From the IMG/VR virus record IMGVR_UViG_3300046171_000013, positions 1-56,309 of that record: a DNA stretch of 56,309 bases; one strand, 5' to 3'. The DNA is from a virus (taxonomy: Duplodnaviria > Caudoviricetes). A program made the position numbers and the translations under genes. The stretch's first letter is position 1. Every line of letters starts with the position of its first letter. A model generated the notes under the pieces. The model worked only from the letters and a program-made list of their open reading frames with translations. It did not search any database and had not been told where the DNA came from. Positions 6,417 through 17,043 of the stretch are shown in pieces.

Positions 6417-8378
6417 ATCTTCTGATAGCGGCAATGATGCTGGCAGCGATGTTCCAGATCGTTCTAATCCGAATGAGATGGCTGCTCGTGAAAGGGCGGC
6501 GGCGAGGGCTGGCACGGTTACTGACGGCAGGGGCAATCCTGTAACATCTACGAATGCGGACGGCACGAAGAGTGTTGTGACTTCTGGCAATGCCACGGAC
6601 TTTGAGCGTTCTATGGCGCAGCAGCAGTTTGCGGCTGAGACTGGTAATCCGTTATCACGGGGTGCGCAGGATCTGGCGGCAAGTGTCGCGGAGCGTGAGA
6701 CGGCGGCACTTCAGCGTGCTTCGGACGCTGGCAGGTTGGCTGGCGCTCCTGCTAGTTCGGCTTTGGCGAATGTTGGTGACATCACTCAGCCTACATATGG
6801 TCCGTTTCCTGCGAACCAGCCGCAGTTGAATTTTGTTGCTCCGCAGATATCTCAGCCTGACGTTAATATTACGGCTACGTCTCCTATGACGCTTCCTGAA
6901 CCTAGCCCGATTCGTGGTGTGGTTGACACGGGCGTATCATCTGGGTTGTTGGCGCGGCAGTTGAGCAGTGACTTGGCTAGTCCGGAGGTTAAGGAGTCAG
7001 CGGCGCGGCAGTTGTTATCTCGGTCTGTTTCTGGTGATGCGGAAGCTACGGAGCTTATGACGGACGCGCAGAATCGCGGTGAGTTTCCGGGACTTGTTGG
7101 TCCGGCACGCACGGTTAATGTGCCTGTTGGAATCATGAACACTCCTGCCGCCACTGCGGCGTCTGTTTTGCAGGGTCCACCGCAACTAACGGAAGAAACA
7201 GTTACGTTACCGGATGGCGCTAGTTTTGTTTCTCAGACGTTTGATGCTCCCGGCACGAGTCGTGATTTAATGACCGCAAAGCCGGGGTCTTATACCTCGG
7301 CTCCCGAATCTGACTTCTTGGTTGGTCAGCAGAGTTCTGTTGGCCGTCCTGGTTTGGTTGGCACGGCAGCGGACGGCAGTCCGATTACTACGAATGAGTT
7401 TCAGTCTGTGTATGTTGATGGTCGCGGCATGAGCGTGCCAAGGCCAGAGATGAGTGTTATCAATACGGCGGCGGCGGATCCGATGACGCAGTTGTCACAG
7501 CAGCAGGCCATCTTTGGTCTGGGCGATAACGCTCCACAAAGTGTTTTTGAGGGTCTGGGTGGTAGCCTTGGTTTAGGGCGGCGTGAACTCTCGCCTCTCG
7601 AGCAGAGTGTTCAGGCAGCGGTGGACGCTTCTACTCGCACACCGGAAGAGCAAGCGGGTGTCACGCCTACAGGCCCGATGGGTCAGCAGGCAGCGGCGGG
7701 GACTCCGGCGCAAGACTTCTATGCTGACGCATATCGTGAATTGAACCCTGACATTGAGACGATCCCCGGCGAAGGGTTGTTTGGTTTTACCAACGCGCTG
7801 GGTAAGATGAGTCCGATAGGGTTGTTGACGGGTGCGACTTCTGATCCCGCTTCTGCGGCAGATCAGGCAGCGTTTCAGTCTGGTCAGCTTTTGTCTATGG
7901 GTGGAACCATGGATCCTGAGACAGGCGCCATCAGTGACGTACCGGCGGGTCGTGGCACATTGAACATGAACCGTTTTGGCATGGTCACTTACTCTGGAAT
8001 GCCGGATCCGAACTACGATGGGCCATACGCCAATCTGGTCAATCCACCAGCGGATACGGGTGGTGACGGCGGTCAGCAGATGCAGCAGGCTACGGCAGAT
8101 CCGTGTCCTGAAGGGTATCAGATGCGTGACGGTGTATGTCAGCCGGTAGACGATTGATCACAGCAGATGAGCCAGCCCCTGGTTCAGACTTCGTAATCAA
8201 TCCGACCACTGGTTTGCCTACGTTGTTCCAGCCTACGACACAGGCCACACAAGTTGGGCAGATTAATCCGTTTGTCTTGCAGCCTTACACACCAGTGCAG
8301 GCGCAGAACATTCAGCAGGCTCGTTCCGGTATTCAAGCACTTTCCCCGACAGGAGCGGCTCTCGGTAGGCAGGTCTAA
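6409..8378 (+). CDS. Large low-complexity (A/G/P/Q/S/T/D-rich) probable virion protein; one frameshift near 8155
   Basis: ORFs 6409..8157 and 8136..8378 join by a single inserted base; CPEGY...GVC motif; abuts terL. Confidence 0.6.
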
Positions 8379-9839
8379 ATGAACCTAGAGACAGTTCCAG
8401 AGGACGTTCTAAAAGAGATATATGCTCTTCAGAATCAGAGCGTGCGTCTTACGATTCGTGAGAAGGCTCGTGAAGAGTTCATGCCCTTTGTTCACCATGT
8501 GTACGATGGGTTTATTGAGGGGAAACATCACCGGATCATTGCGGAGAAGCTGGAGCGTGTAGCGAGGGGCGAGTTAAAGCGTCTCATTGTTAACATGCCT
8601 CCGCGTCATAGTAAGTCTGAGTTTGCGTCATATTTGATGCCTGCTTGGTTCTTGGGTCGCAATCCGAAGTTAAAGATTATTCAGGCAACGCATAACACGG
8701 AACTTGCGGTCAGGTTTGGTCGTAAGGTTCGTGATTTGATTGACACGCCTGATTATCGGACTGTGTTTCCTGACACTGGGTTGAAGGCGGACGACAAGGC
8801 GGCTGGTCGTTGGGGGACATCGGCAGGCGGAGAATACTTTGCGGCTGGTGTTGGTGCGGCGATGACGGGTCGTGGTGCGGACTTGTTGATTATTGACGAT
8901 CCGCATTCGGAGCAGGACGCTTTGTCTAGCACGGCGTTTGACAATGCGTTTGAGTGGTATACCTCTGGTCCTCGTCAGCGTTTGCAGCCGGGTGGTTCTA
9001 TCATCATCGTTATGACGCGCTGGGGTCAGAAGGATCTGACGGGCCAGGTTATCAAGATGCAGGGTTCGGACACCTTGGCGGACGAGTGGGAGGTTGTGGA
9101 GTTTCCTGCGATTTTGCCGTCTGACAAGCCTTTGTGGCCGGAGTTCTGGGATCATGACTCGTTGGTCAAGGTCAAGGCGTCTTTGCCTGTTGCCAAGTGG
9201 AATGCTCAGTGGCAGCAGAATCCGACTGCGGCGGAAGGTGCGATTGTAAAGAAGGAGTGGTGGAACATCTGGGAGAAGGAGGACATTCCTAGTGTTAAGT
9301 ACATCATTCAGTCTTACGATACGGCGTTCAGCAAGAAAGAGACGGCTGACTATTCTGCCATAACGACATGGGGGGTATTCACGAATGACGAGACTGGCGC
9401 CGATAATGTCATACTTATGGATGCTCGCCGTGGTCGTTGGAACTTCCCAGAACTTAAAGGTGTGGCGGCAGAGGAGTATGAATATTGGGAACCTGACATG
9501 GTTATTATTGAGGCCAAGGCGTCAGGGCAACCGTTGACGGATGAGTTGCGTGCAGCCGGCATTCCGGTGATGAACTATACACCGAGCAAAGGTCGTGATA
9601 AGATAACCCGTATGCACACGGTAGCACCGCTGTTTGAGGCGGGGATGGTGTGGGCACCGGAACAGAAGTTTTCGGACGAGGTTATTGAGGAATGTCTTGC
9701 TTTCCCGCATGGGGAGCATGATGACTTTGTTGATAGCATGACGATGGCTTTGATGCGTTTCCGGCAGGGTGGTTTTATCGAACTCGAGGGTGAGAACGAT
9801 AATACGGATTGGTATCCAAGGAAACGGGAGTATTACTAA
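8379..9839 (+). CDS. terL: Terminase large subunit
   Basis: MPPRHSKS Walker A, LLIIDDP Walker B, SYDTA and HDDFVD RNase H-like nuclease motifs. Confidence 0.97.
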   Translation: MNLETVPEDVLKEIYALQNQSVRLTIREKAREEFMPFVHHVYDGFIEGKHHRIIAEKLERVARGELKRLIVNMPPRHSKSEFASYLMPAWFLGRNPKLKIIQATHNTELAVRFGRKVRDLIDTPDYRTVFPDTGLKADDKAAGRWGTSAGGEYFAAGVGAAMTGRGADLLIIDDPHSEQDALSSTAFDNAFEWYTSGPRQRLQPGGSIIIVMTRWGQKDLTGQVIKMQGSDTLADEWEVVEFPAILPSDKPLWPEFWDHDSLVKVKASLPVAKWNAQWQQNPTAAEGAIVKKEWWNIWEKEDIPSVKYIIQSYDTAFSKKETADYSAITTWGVFTNDETGADNVILMDARRGRWNFPELKGVAAEEYEYWEPDMVIIEAKASGQPLTDELRAAGIPVMNYTPSKGRDKITRMHTVAPLFEAGMVWAPEQKFSDEVIEECLAFPHGEHDDFVDSMTMALMRFRQGGFIELEGENDNTDWYPRKREYY

Positions 9840-10174
9840 TGTCCAGCAAATTTAACACTCCCAAGGCACGTTCTAATCGCAAGCGCCAGTTAGAGCGGCT
9901 TGGCTATGATGCTGATAGGGTCGCGGACATTCTGGACTACGAGTTTGATCTGGAGCTTGGGTTCTATCCAAAAACTCCTCTTCCGGGCAAGAGTTATGAA
10001 AAGGGCGGCTTGGTAGAAGCCAAGAACAAGCTGAAGAAGGTTAGCGGTCAGCTACAAAAAGCATCAAACATGCACGCGCAACAATCCAAGAAGATTGAGT
10101 CTATAGCTAACTCTTTTTCTAATGGTGGTGTCATAAAGGTCAAGCGGCGCGGCACTTTTAAGGGGATTTTCTAA
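9839..10174 (+). CDS. Small basic protein with two xxxGGxV motifs
   Basis: YEKGGLV, FSNGGVI; TAATG coupling on both sides. Confidence 0.65.
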   Translation: MSSKFNTPKARSNRKRQLERLGYDADRVADILDYEFDLELGFYPKTPLPGKSYEKGGLVEAKNKLKKVSGQLQKASNMHAQQSKKIESIANSFSNGGVIKVKRRGTFKGIF

Positions 10175-12648
10175 TGGCATTACCTCCACAGCCCATGGGC
10201 AGTTTGACAGATTCAGGAATCGAGGCTCCGCAGGGCATGGAAGTAGATGTGCCGCAGGTGGAAGATTTCGCTGGTGGCGCGGAGGTTATGCAGCAGGCTG
10301 ATGGTAGTGCACTGATTCAGGCACTCATGGGCGGAGAGCCAGATGGCATTGAAGTAGAGGCTGAACAGTATGATCACATGGCTAACCTAGCCGAGGTGAT
10401 TGACGAGGCTGTTCTGGGGGAGATCTCTAGTGAGTTGCGTGGTCTGTATGAAGAGGATACGGAGTCTCGCGAGGAATGGGAAGAAGGCTACACCAAGGGT
10501 TTGGATCTGCTTGGTATCAAGTATCAGGAACGGACACAGCCTTTTGAGGGTGCATCTGGCGTGACACATCCGTTGATTGCGGAGTCGGTCACTCAGTTTC
10601 AGGCGCAGGCATATAAGGAGCTTCTTCCTGCTGGCGGCCCTGTAAAGACGCAGGTTCTGGGTTCCAAGACCATGGAGAAGGAATCACAGGCTAGCCGCGT
10701 GAAGAACTTCATGAACTATCAGGTTACTGAGGTCATGGAGGAGTTTGATCCTGACACGGATCAGATGCTGTTCTATCTACCGCTCTCTGGTTCTACATTT
10801 AAGAAGGTATACTTTGATCCGACTAAGGCGCGTGCGGTTTCTGCGTTTGTGCCTGCCGAGGATCTGGTTGTGCCGTACTCGGCTACGGATCTGGCGACAG
10901 CTCCGCGTGTGACGCATGTTTTGCGTATGGACGGCAACCAAGTTCGCAAGATGCAGTTTGCTGGCATGTATCGTGATGTGGAGGTTTCTGCTGACGATGA
11001 CGCGGACGATCCGGTTCGTGACAAGGTGGATGAGATTGAGGGTGTAAGCCGAGGTTACACTGATGAGATTCATACCATCTTGGAGATGCATGTTGATTTA
11101 GATCTTGAGGGGTTTGAGGACACAGGGCCAGACGGTCAGCCTACTGGTATCAAGTTGCCGTACATCGTGACGATTGATCATGGGTCAGGGGAGATCTTGG
11201 CGATCACCCGTAACTATGATGCCCAGGACCAGCTTAAAACCAAGCGGCAGTATTTTGTTCACTACAAGTTTCTACCCGGTCTGGGTTTCTACGGCTTCGG
11301 TCTGATTCATATGATTGGTGGCCTTGGTCGTGCGGCGACCAGCATTCTGCGTCAGTTGATTGATGCGGGTACGCTGGCGAACCTGCCGTCTGGTTTCAAG
11401 GCACGGGGCATTCGTATTCGTAATGATGACGAGCCTCTGTCTCCTGGTGAGTTCAGGGACATTGATGCACCTGGTGGTGACATCCGTAACTCTATTATTC
11501 CACTTCCGTTCAAGGAACCGTCTGGCACGTTGGCACAACTGCTGGCTTCTTTGATTGAGGGTGGGCGCCGTTTTGTGTCTATTGCTGATCAGCAGATTGG
11601 TGAGAGCCAGAGCGGTGATATGCCCGTAGGCACAACTGTGGCATTGCTTGAGCGCGGTATGAAGGTCATGTCGGCTATTCATAAGCGTCTGCATTATTCA
11701 CAGAAGACAGAGTTCCGGCTCCTCGCCAGAATCTTCGCGGAAAATCTCCCTCCAATATATCCGTATGAGGTAGCCGGAGCACCTTCCGAAATCAAAGCAC
11801 AGGACTTTGATGGGCGTGTGGATGTGATCCCTGTATCGGATCCTAACATCTTCTCGATGGCACAGCGCGTGACGTTGGCACAGACACAGCTTCAGCTAGC
11901 GCAGTCAAACCCCGGCATCCACAATCTGCACGAAGCATACAAACGTATGTATCAGGCGCTTGAGGTACAGAACATTGACGAGATCTTGCCAGCCAAGAAA
12001 GAGCCACAGCCTACCAGTCCGAGCATTGAGAATGCCAAGGGTATGCAGGGCGAGTTACTGACAGCCTTCCAAGAACAAGACCATGACGCGCATATCATGA
12101 CACACATTGTGTTTATGAAGTTGCCGTTGGTTTCGACATCCCCCAATATTTATGCTATATTTATGGGGCATCTTCAGGATCATATATCCATGAAGGCACG
12201 TTTGACTGTAATGGCTCAAGTCCAAGAACAGCAGGCGCAGGCGCAACAAATGGCATTAGCGGCACAGATGGGTGCAGTAGACCCGATGATGGCGCAACAA
12301 CAAATGCAGGCAGCATCTGCGATGTCTGAGGACATGATTGAAGCCGAGGTCGCGAGACTAGAAGCACAGTTTACTCAAGAAGTCACCGCAATGCTTGCAC
12401 CGCCGGAAGGGCAACAAGATCCTCTTGTAGCAATCCGGCAGCAGGAATTAGCTATCAAGGCATCCGAGTCCGAGCGTAGAGCACAACAGGACGCGGCTGA
12501 ACTTGCACTTGAACGCCAGAAGCTCCAACAGCGAGCTATGACTGACGCAGCGCGAATCGAACTCCAAGAGGAGATCGCGGAAGACAGGGCAGATGTGAAT
12601 AGGGAACGCATCCAGACCCAGCGTGAGTTGGCGATGCGTAATAGGTAA
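10174..12648 (+). CDS. Portal protein (podovirus type, long C-terminal coiled coil)
   Basis: 824 aa after terL; HPLIAESVTQFQA, YLPLSGSTFKKVY and GFYGFG motifs. Confidence 0.9.
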   Translation: MALPPQPMGSLTDSGIEAPQGMEVDVPQVEDFAGGAEVMQQADGSALIQALMGGEPDGIEVEAEQYDHMANLAEVIDEAVLGEISSELRGLYEEDTESREEWEEGYTKGLDLLGIKYQERTQPFEGASGVTHPLIAESVTQFQAQAYKELLPAGGPVKTQVLGSKTMEKESQASRVKNFMNYQVTEVMEEFDPDTDQMLFYLPLSGSTFKKVYFDPTKARAVSAFVPAEDLVVPYSATDLATAPRVTHVLRMDGNQVRKMQFAGMYRDVEVSADDDADDPVRDKVDEIEGVSRGYTDEIHTILEMHVDLDLEGFEDTGPDGQPTGIKLPYIVTIDHGSGEILAITRNYDAQDQLKTKRQYFVHYKFLPGLGFYGFGLIHMIGGLGRAATSILRQLIDAGTLANLPSGFKARGIRIRNDDEPLSPGEFRDIDAPGGDIRNSIIPLPFKEPSGTLAQLLASLIEGGRRFVSIADQQIGESQSGDMPVGTTVALLERGMKVMSAIHKRLHYSQKTEFRLLARIFAENLPPIYPYEVAGAPSEIKAQDFDGRVDVIPVSDPNIFSMAQRVTLAQTQLQLAQSNPGIHNLHEAYKRMYQALEVQNIDEILPAKKEPQPTSPSIENAKGMQGELLTAFQEQDHDAHIMTHIVFMKLPLVSTSPNIYAIFMGHLQDHISMKARLTVMAQVQEQQAQAQQMALAAQMGAVDPMMAQQQMQAASAMSEDMIEAEVARLEAQFTQEVTAMLAPPEGQQDPLVAIRQQELAIKASESERRAQQDAAELALERQKLQQRAMTDAARIELQEEIAEDRADVNRERIQTQRELAMRNR

Positions 12649-13308
12649 TTGGATCCAGTATCAGCGATGGCTACCGCTACGGCGGCATTTGGAGCTATCA
12701 AAAAAGGTTTTGCGATAGGACGGGACATCGAGTCGATGGTATCCGACCTTTCGCGTTGGATGGGCGCACTCTCCGATCTTGATCAGATGGAGAAAGAGGC
12801 CAAGAACCCTCCTATGTTCAAAAAGCTGTTCGGTGGTAAATCTGTTGAACAGGAAGCATTAGAAGCCTTCGCCGCTAAACGAAAAGCAGCCGCACAGCGT
12901 GACGAACTAAAACAGTGGATTGGCCTGACAATGGGCCAGTCGGCATGGGAAGAACTCGTCCGTATGGAGGGGCAGATTAGAAAGAGGCGTCAAGACGCTG
13001 TTTACGCTCAGAGGGAAAAGCGCCGGAAGTTTGTCGAGATCGTGGCATGGATATTTATGATCGGTCTTGCTGTTGGTTTACTGGTGCTGTTTGTACTCTT
13101 GCTCAAGTCTCACTCTGCGAAAGCGGATGAGACCACTTGGGTTGAGTGTCGATTAGCCAAGTATGAAAAGGTCGGCAAGGAATGGCACTGTTACTACTTG
13201 GGCGCCAACAGAACCACCGAGTCTATGATCATCACCGAGTTCTGTCCTCGCTCATATATGTGTGAGTACAGTCCGAACACGGATAGTAAGATTGTGAAGT
13301 GGGAATAG
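12649..13308 (+). CDS. Coiled-coil membrane protein with a Cys-containing C-terminal domain
   Basis: One TM segment (IVAWIFMIGLAVGLLVLFVLLL). Confidence 0.65.
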   Translation: MDPVSAMATATAAFGAIKKGFAIGRDIESMVSDLSRWMGALSDLDQMEKEAKNPPMFKKLFGGKSVEQEALEAFAAKRKAAAQRDELKQWIGLTMGQSAWEELVRMEGQIRKRRQDAVYAQREKRRKFVEIVAWIFMIGLAVGLLVLFVLLLKSHSAKADETTWVECRLAKYEKVGKEWHCYYLGANRTTESMIITEFCPRSYMCEYSPNTDSKIVKWE

Positions 13309-13309
13309 C

Positions 13310-13630
13310 ATGTCTCAGAAAAAGTTACAGTCAGAAAGTAATTACGAACAATACGACCTAGATGGTGACGGGGTAGTCACGGACGAGGAGTTAGAGCACG
13401 CAAAGCTCATCAAGGAGACGGAGCGTGAGTTGCGTAAGAGCCTAGCGCAGCTTCGTATGGCGCGGTTTACGCTGATCGGCATGGGCGTATTTACAGCGAT
13501 GATGTTTACCCCGTGGATTAGCATTGAGCGGATTGAAGCACTGAGCGAGATCAGCAATCTGTTCTACATCAGTGGAGCTGGTATCGTTGGTGCGTACATG
13601 GGCACTACCGCTTGGATGAATAGAAAATGA
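13310..13630 (+). CDS. EF-hand-containing two-TM membrane protein (holin-like)
   Basis: DLDGDGVVTDEE canonical EF-hand loop plus two hydrophobic helices. Confidence 0.65.
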   Translation: MSQKKLQSESNYEQYDLDGDGVVTDEELEHAKLIKETERELRKSLAQLRMARFTLIGMGVFTAMMFTPWISIERIEALSEISNLFYISGAGIVGAYMGTTAWMNRK

Positions 13631-13854
13631 TAGATGCGTTTCTACTTCTTGTGTATTTGGGCACGGGAGAGTTTCGCAAACTAGAGAGTGGAAACATGTA
13701 CTTTTATTCGATTACCGAATGTAACTATTTTGCGTCACAGGTGACAAAAAGGTACGGTAATTACGTCTCTTCGCAGTTCACCGATCCGCGTGATAGAGCC
13801 ACGGCATACTGCGTTCCTAGACAAGTAGACCCAAATCAGGTAAAGGTATATTGA
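13627..13854 (+). CDS. Small hypothetical protein with hydrophobic N-terminus
   Basis: 75 aa, two Cys, coupled to neighbours. Confidence 0.6.
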   Translation: MIDAFLLLVYLGTGEFRKLESGNMYFYSITECNYFASQVTKRYGNYVSSQFTDPRDRATAYCVPRQVDPNQVKVY

Positions 13855-14240
13855 TGTTACAAGCTCTTATAGGACCAATATCGTCCCTAGCCGGAACATG
13901 GTTAGAGGGCAAGGTCGAGAAAACAAAAGCGGAAGCTGGAGCCAAGGTCGCCAAGGCCAAGGCTGAAGCTACCATCATGGAGAAGAAGGCCACCGGAGAG
14001 ATCGACTGGGATCTTGAGATGGCGAAAGGCAGTCAGAACTCGTGGAAAGACGAGTGGCTGACAATCTTGTTCTCTGTGCCTTTGGTGCTAGCGTTCTGTG
14101 GAGATTGGGGCAGACAGGTCGTGACAGACGGTTTTGTCGCATTGGAAGCGATGCCGGAGTATTACAGGTATACGCTTGGAATTATCGTAAGTGCCAGCTT
14201 TGGCACAAGGGCAGCAACAAAGTTCTTCGGAAAGAAGTAG
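13851..14240 (+). CDS. Holin (GTA 3TM-like)
   Basis: SWKDEW...P...F...Y...IVSASFG pattern. Confidence 0.7.
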   Translation: MMLQALIGPISSLAGTWLEGKVEKTKAEAGAKVAKAKAEATIMEKKATGEIDWDLEMAKGSQNSWKDEWLTILFSVPLVLAFCGDWGRQVVTDGFVALEAMPEYYRYTLGIIVSASFGTRAATKFFGKK

Positions 14241-14249
14241 GAGTCTCTC

Positions 14250-14657
14250 ATGCCAAAATCTAAATACACTGAAAAGCAGATGAAGATTGCCCGTGTGGCA
14301 GAACCGCGTGATGCAATCACAGGCGCTGACTTTGAAGCTATGAACAATAGCAAGATGGGCGGCGGTATGATTAAATACGCTGAAGGTGGAGATGTCCGCG
14401 CTGAATATTTGCGTTCTCAACTTCAAGAACTTGATCCTACGAATGAAAAGGATAAAGAAGAAATTGAGATCATCAAATTAGAACTCTTCCAAATGGGTGA
14501 CGGTGAAGGCATGATGGGCGGCGGCATGGTAAAACGTCCTGGTTATAAGCACGGTGGCAAGGTTAAGGGCTATCGTAGCGGCATGTCTGTTAACACAAGC
14601 AAAGGTCGTGGTTGCGGTGCCGCAGTTTCTGGCCGTGGTTACAGCGGAACGTACTAA
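14250..14657 (+). CDS. Small protein with multiple xxxGGxV motifs
   Basis: YAEGGDV, MMGGGMV, YKHGGKV, GRGCGAA. Confidence 0.7.
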   Translation: MPKSKYTEKQMKIARVAEPRDAITGADFEAMNNSKMGGGMIKYAEGGDVRAEYLRSQLQELDPTNEKDKEEIEIIKLELFQMGDGEGMMGGGMVKRPGYKHGGKVKGYRSGMSVNTSKGRGCGAAVSGRGYSGTY

Positions 14658-15016
14658 TGCCTATTATTACGATCAGCATATTACCGGATGGTGCGATACC
14701 CGTAGACAAGATGTCCGATGGTGGGGACAGCTGCCCAGCACCCACCAAAGATGATGTGTTGAACGCTGAGAATAGGCGCAAGGCAGAGGATGAAGCGGCG
14801 TATGGTAGCGCGACAGACTCTAGCCGGATTTGTGGCACTTGCGCGGCCTACAACCAGACTGACGAGATGCTTGAATGTATCGGAGATGACTCTGGAGATT
14901 TGGGCTATTGTCAAATTTGGAAGTTTACTTGTCGGTCAGAGAAGTGGTGCGAGAGTTGGGCAGAGGGTGGCCCAATGACAAGTGACGCACAAGCAGACTA
15001 CAAAGATATTATATAA
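14657..15016 (+). CDS. HiPIP-like Cys-rich protein
   Basis: CGTCAAY...GYCQIW...WCESW spacing resembles HiPIP 4Fe-4S ligands. Confidence 0.5.
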   Translation: MPIITISILPDGAIPVDKMSDGGDSCPAPTKDDVLNAENRRKAEDEAAYGSATDSSRICGTCAAYNQTDEMLECIGDDSGDLGYCQIWKFTCRSEKWCESWAEGGPMTSDAQADYKDII

Positions 15017-15228
15017 TGGATGTTGCAGACTTCGCAAAATTTGTTTATAACTTGTTGGCGAAGCGAGAAGAACAGATCGCTGACATGTTGACATCTGGTG
15101 GTGTTTCAAACTTTGAGCAGTACCAGCGGTTGGTGGGAGAAGTACAGGGACTTGTCTACGCCAAGGAAGAGATCAAAGCCCTGCTGGAGAAAAACGTAGA
15201 CGATGGCGAAGACATTATACGTTCCTGA
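15016..15228 (+). CDS. Conserved hypothetical head-module protein
   Basis: 70 aa, YQRLVGEVQGL; coupled to groES. Confidence 0.7.
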   Translation: MDVADFAKFVYNLLAKREEQIADMLTSGGVSNFEQYQRLVGEVQGLVYAKEEIKALLEKNVDDGEDIIRS

Positions 15229-15670
15229 TCACATAGCGCGATCAAAAGCAAAAGACCCAGTTTCCGCAGAATCTGCATATGTAGAGTCAGAGAAACGAGT
15301 TTTAGACCCCAGTCTCATAGACAAATCCCTGAAAGAACGCCTGCCGCAACCAACTGGTTGGCGGCTTCTTGTTATGCCTTATCAAGGCAAGACCAAGACC
15401 GAGGGCGGGATCATCATACCTACCGAAGCTCGTGAGCGTGAGGCGTTGGCTACTGTTGTGGCCTATGTTCTCAAGCTAGGCCCGCTAGCGTACCAGGACC
15501 CCAACAAGTTTGGTGACAACCCTGAAGCGTGGTGCCAAGAGGGCCAGTGGGTATGTATTGGTCGGTATGCAGGTTCACGGTTTAAGATTGACGGCGGCGA
15601 GGTTCGCATCATCAATGATGATGAGGTAATCGCTACCATCCTTGAACCCGATGATGTGAAGCATGTCTGA
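15203..15670 (+). CDS. groES: Co-chaperonin GroES (Cpn10)
   Basis: PTGWRLLV...KTEGGIIIP...V..GP..Y...YAG.RFKIDG.E.RIINDDEV. Confidence 0.9.
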   Translation: MAKTLYVPDHIARSKAKDPVSAESAYVESEKRVLDPSLIDKSLKERLPQPTGWRLLVMPYQGKTKTEGGIIIPTEAREREALATVVAYVLKLGPLAYQDPNKFGDNPEAWCQEGQWVCIGRYAGSRFKIDGGEVRIINDDEVIATILEPDDVKHV

Positions 15671-16562
15671 GGAGATGGTGATGGCAGAAGCTCAAGCAGT
15701 TGAAGAAGAGAATGTTGAGGTAACACTTGACGAGGATCAGAAACAGCCAGAGGTACAGGAAGACGCTCCTCAAGTAGAGGAAACGTCTGCTAAAGATGCT
15801 GATGGCGATGAACTGGACAATTATAGCAAGGGTGTGCAGAAGCGCATCAAGAAGCTAACAGAAAAGTATCGCTATGCAGAGCGCGACAAAGAAGAGGCTG
15901 CCCGTCTGGCAGAAGTGCTCAAGCAAGAGAACGAACAGCTAAAGACTAAACTTAGCAATCTTGATCAAGGTTATCTGTCTGAGTACGGCACTCGGCTTGA
16001 CTCGCAACTTGATACAGCTAAACGCTCGTATCGCGAGGCTCATGATCGCGGTGACGTTGATGCGATGTTTGATGCGCAACAAGCGCTATCTAAAATCTCT
16101 ATTGAGCAAGAGCGGTTCCGTCTGGCTAAACAGCGGCAGGAACAGCAAGTTGCACAGCCTGTGCCTCAACCCACAGAGGTTCAGCAGCCGGCGCCTCAAG
16201 CGGCGGCGAAGCCTGATCCGAAAGCTGAGAAGTGGGCAGAAAAGAACACATGGTTTGGTGAAGATGAGATCATGACCCAAGCCGCATTTGTTATTCATAA
16301 TAATCTAGTCAACGAAGAAGGGTTTGACCCGAACAGCGATGACTACTATGATGAACTAGACAGCCGTATCAAAAATCGGTTTCCGAATGATATGGGTGTC
16401 AAGCAGAACGAGGGAAGTTCTAGGGTCGCCTCGGCTTCAACTTCCGCATCTCGTAGTAATCGACAGGGGCGCAGGACCGTCAAGTTGTCACCATCACAGG
16501 TGGCTATGGCTAAGAAACTGGGCGTACCTCTTGAAGAATACGCCAAGTATGTGAAGGAGTAA
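15663..16562 (+). CDS. Capsid scaffolding protein
   Basis: Acidic coiled-coil protein ending in LSPSQVAMAKKLGVPLEEYAK; lies upstream of the capsid genes. Confidence 0.75.
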   Translation: MSEEMVMAEAQAVEEENVEVTLDEDQKQPEVQEDAPQVEETSAKDADGDELDNYSKGVQKRIKKLTEKYRYAERDKEEAARLAEVLKQENEQLKTKLSNLDQGYLSEYGTRLDSQLDTAKRSYREAHDRGDVDAMFDAQQALSKISIEQERFRLAKQRQEQQVAQPVPQPTEVQQPAPQAAAKPDPKAEKWAEKNTWFGEDEIMTQAAFVIHNNLVNEEGFDPNSDDYYDELDSRIKNRFPNDMGVKQNEGSSRVASASTSASRSNRQGRRTVKLSPSQVAMAKKLGVPLEEYAKYVKE

Positions 16563-16565
16563 GCA

Positions 16566-17024
16566 ATGGCTGACCAGAACAACCGCGTCAAACGCAACAC
16601 GCGATAAAGAAACGCGCAGAAAACCATGGGCACCGCCCAGTCACCTTGATGCACCTGACGCCCCGATGGGTTTGTGCATCGTTGGATACGATTCGCAATG
16701 CGAGGCGAGGAAGACAAAATGAACGTCCACTGCCAAGCTTCGTGAAGGATGGGAACCTGTCCGAGCGACGAGTATCCACGACTATGAAGCCCTGATATCG
16801 ACGATGGCAATATGCAGGTGTTATTGGACAAGGTGGACTGATGCTGTGCCGTATACCTGAAGAGACAGCGCAGAAAGAACCGCAGTATTACGGGGGCCGA
16901 ACCCGCGAACAAATGACTGCTGTAGATCAGGACTCTGATGAAGGAACAACATCCTTCAATGCCGATCAGTAATAATCGGCAAAGTCGTGTAACTTTCGGA
17001 GGTCGTCAACGCGACTCCGAGTAA
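16566..17024 (+). CDS. Conserved head-module protein (several apparent read errors; missed by the ORF track)
   Basis: Pieces read RKPWAPPSHLDAP.AP.GFVHRWIR...KLREGWEPVR...GVIGQGGLMLCRIP...RQSRVTFGG in shifting frames. Confidence 0.7.
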
Positions 17025-17043
17025 TTAGAGGAGTATTGCTATC

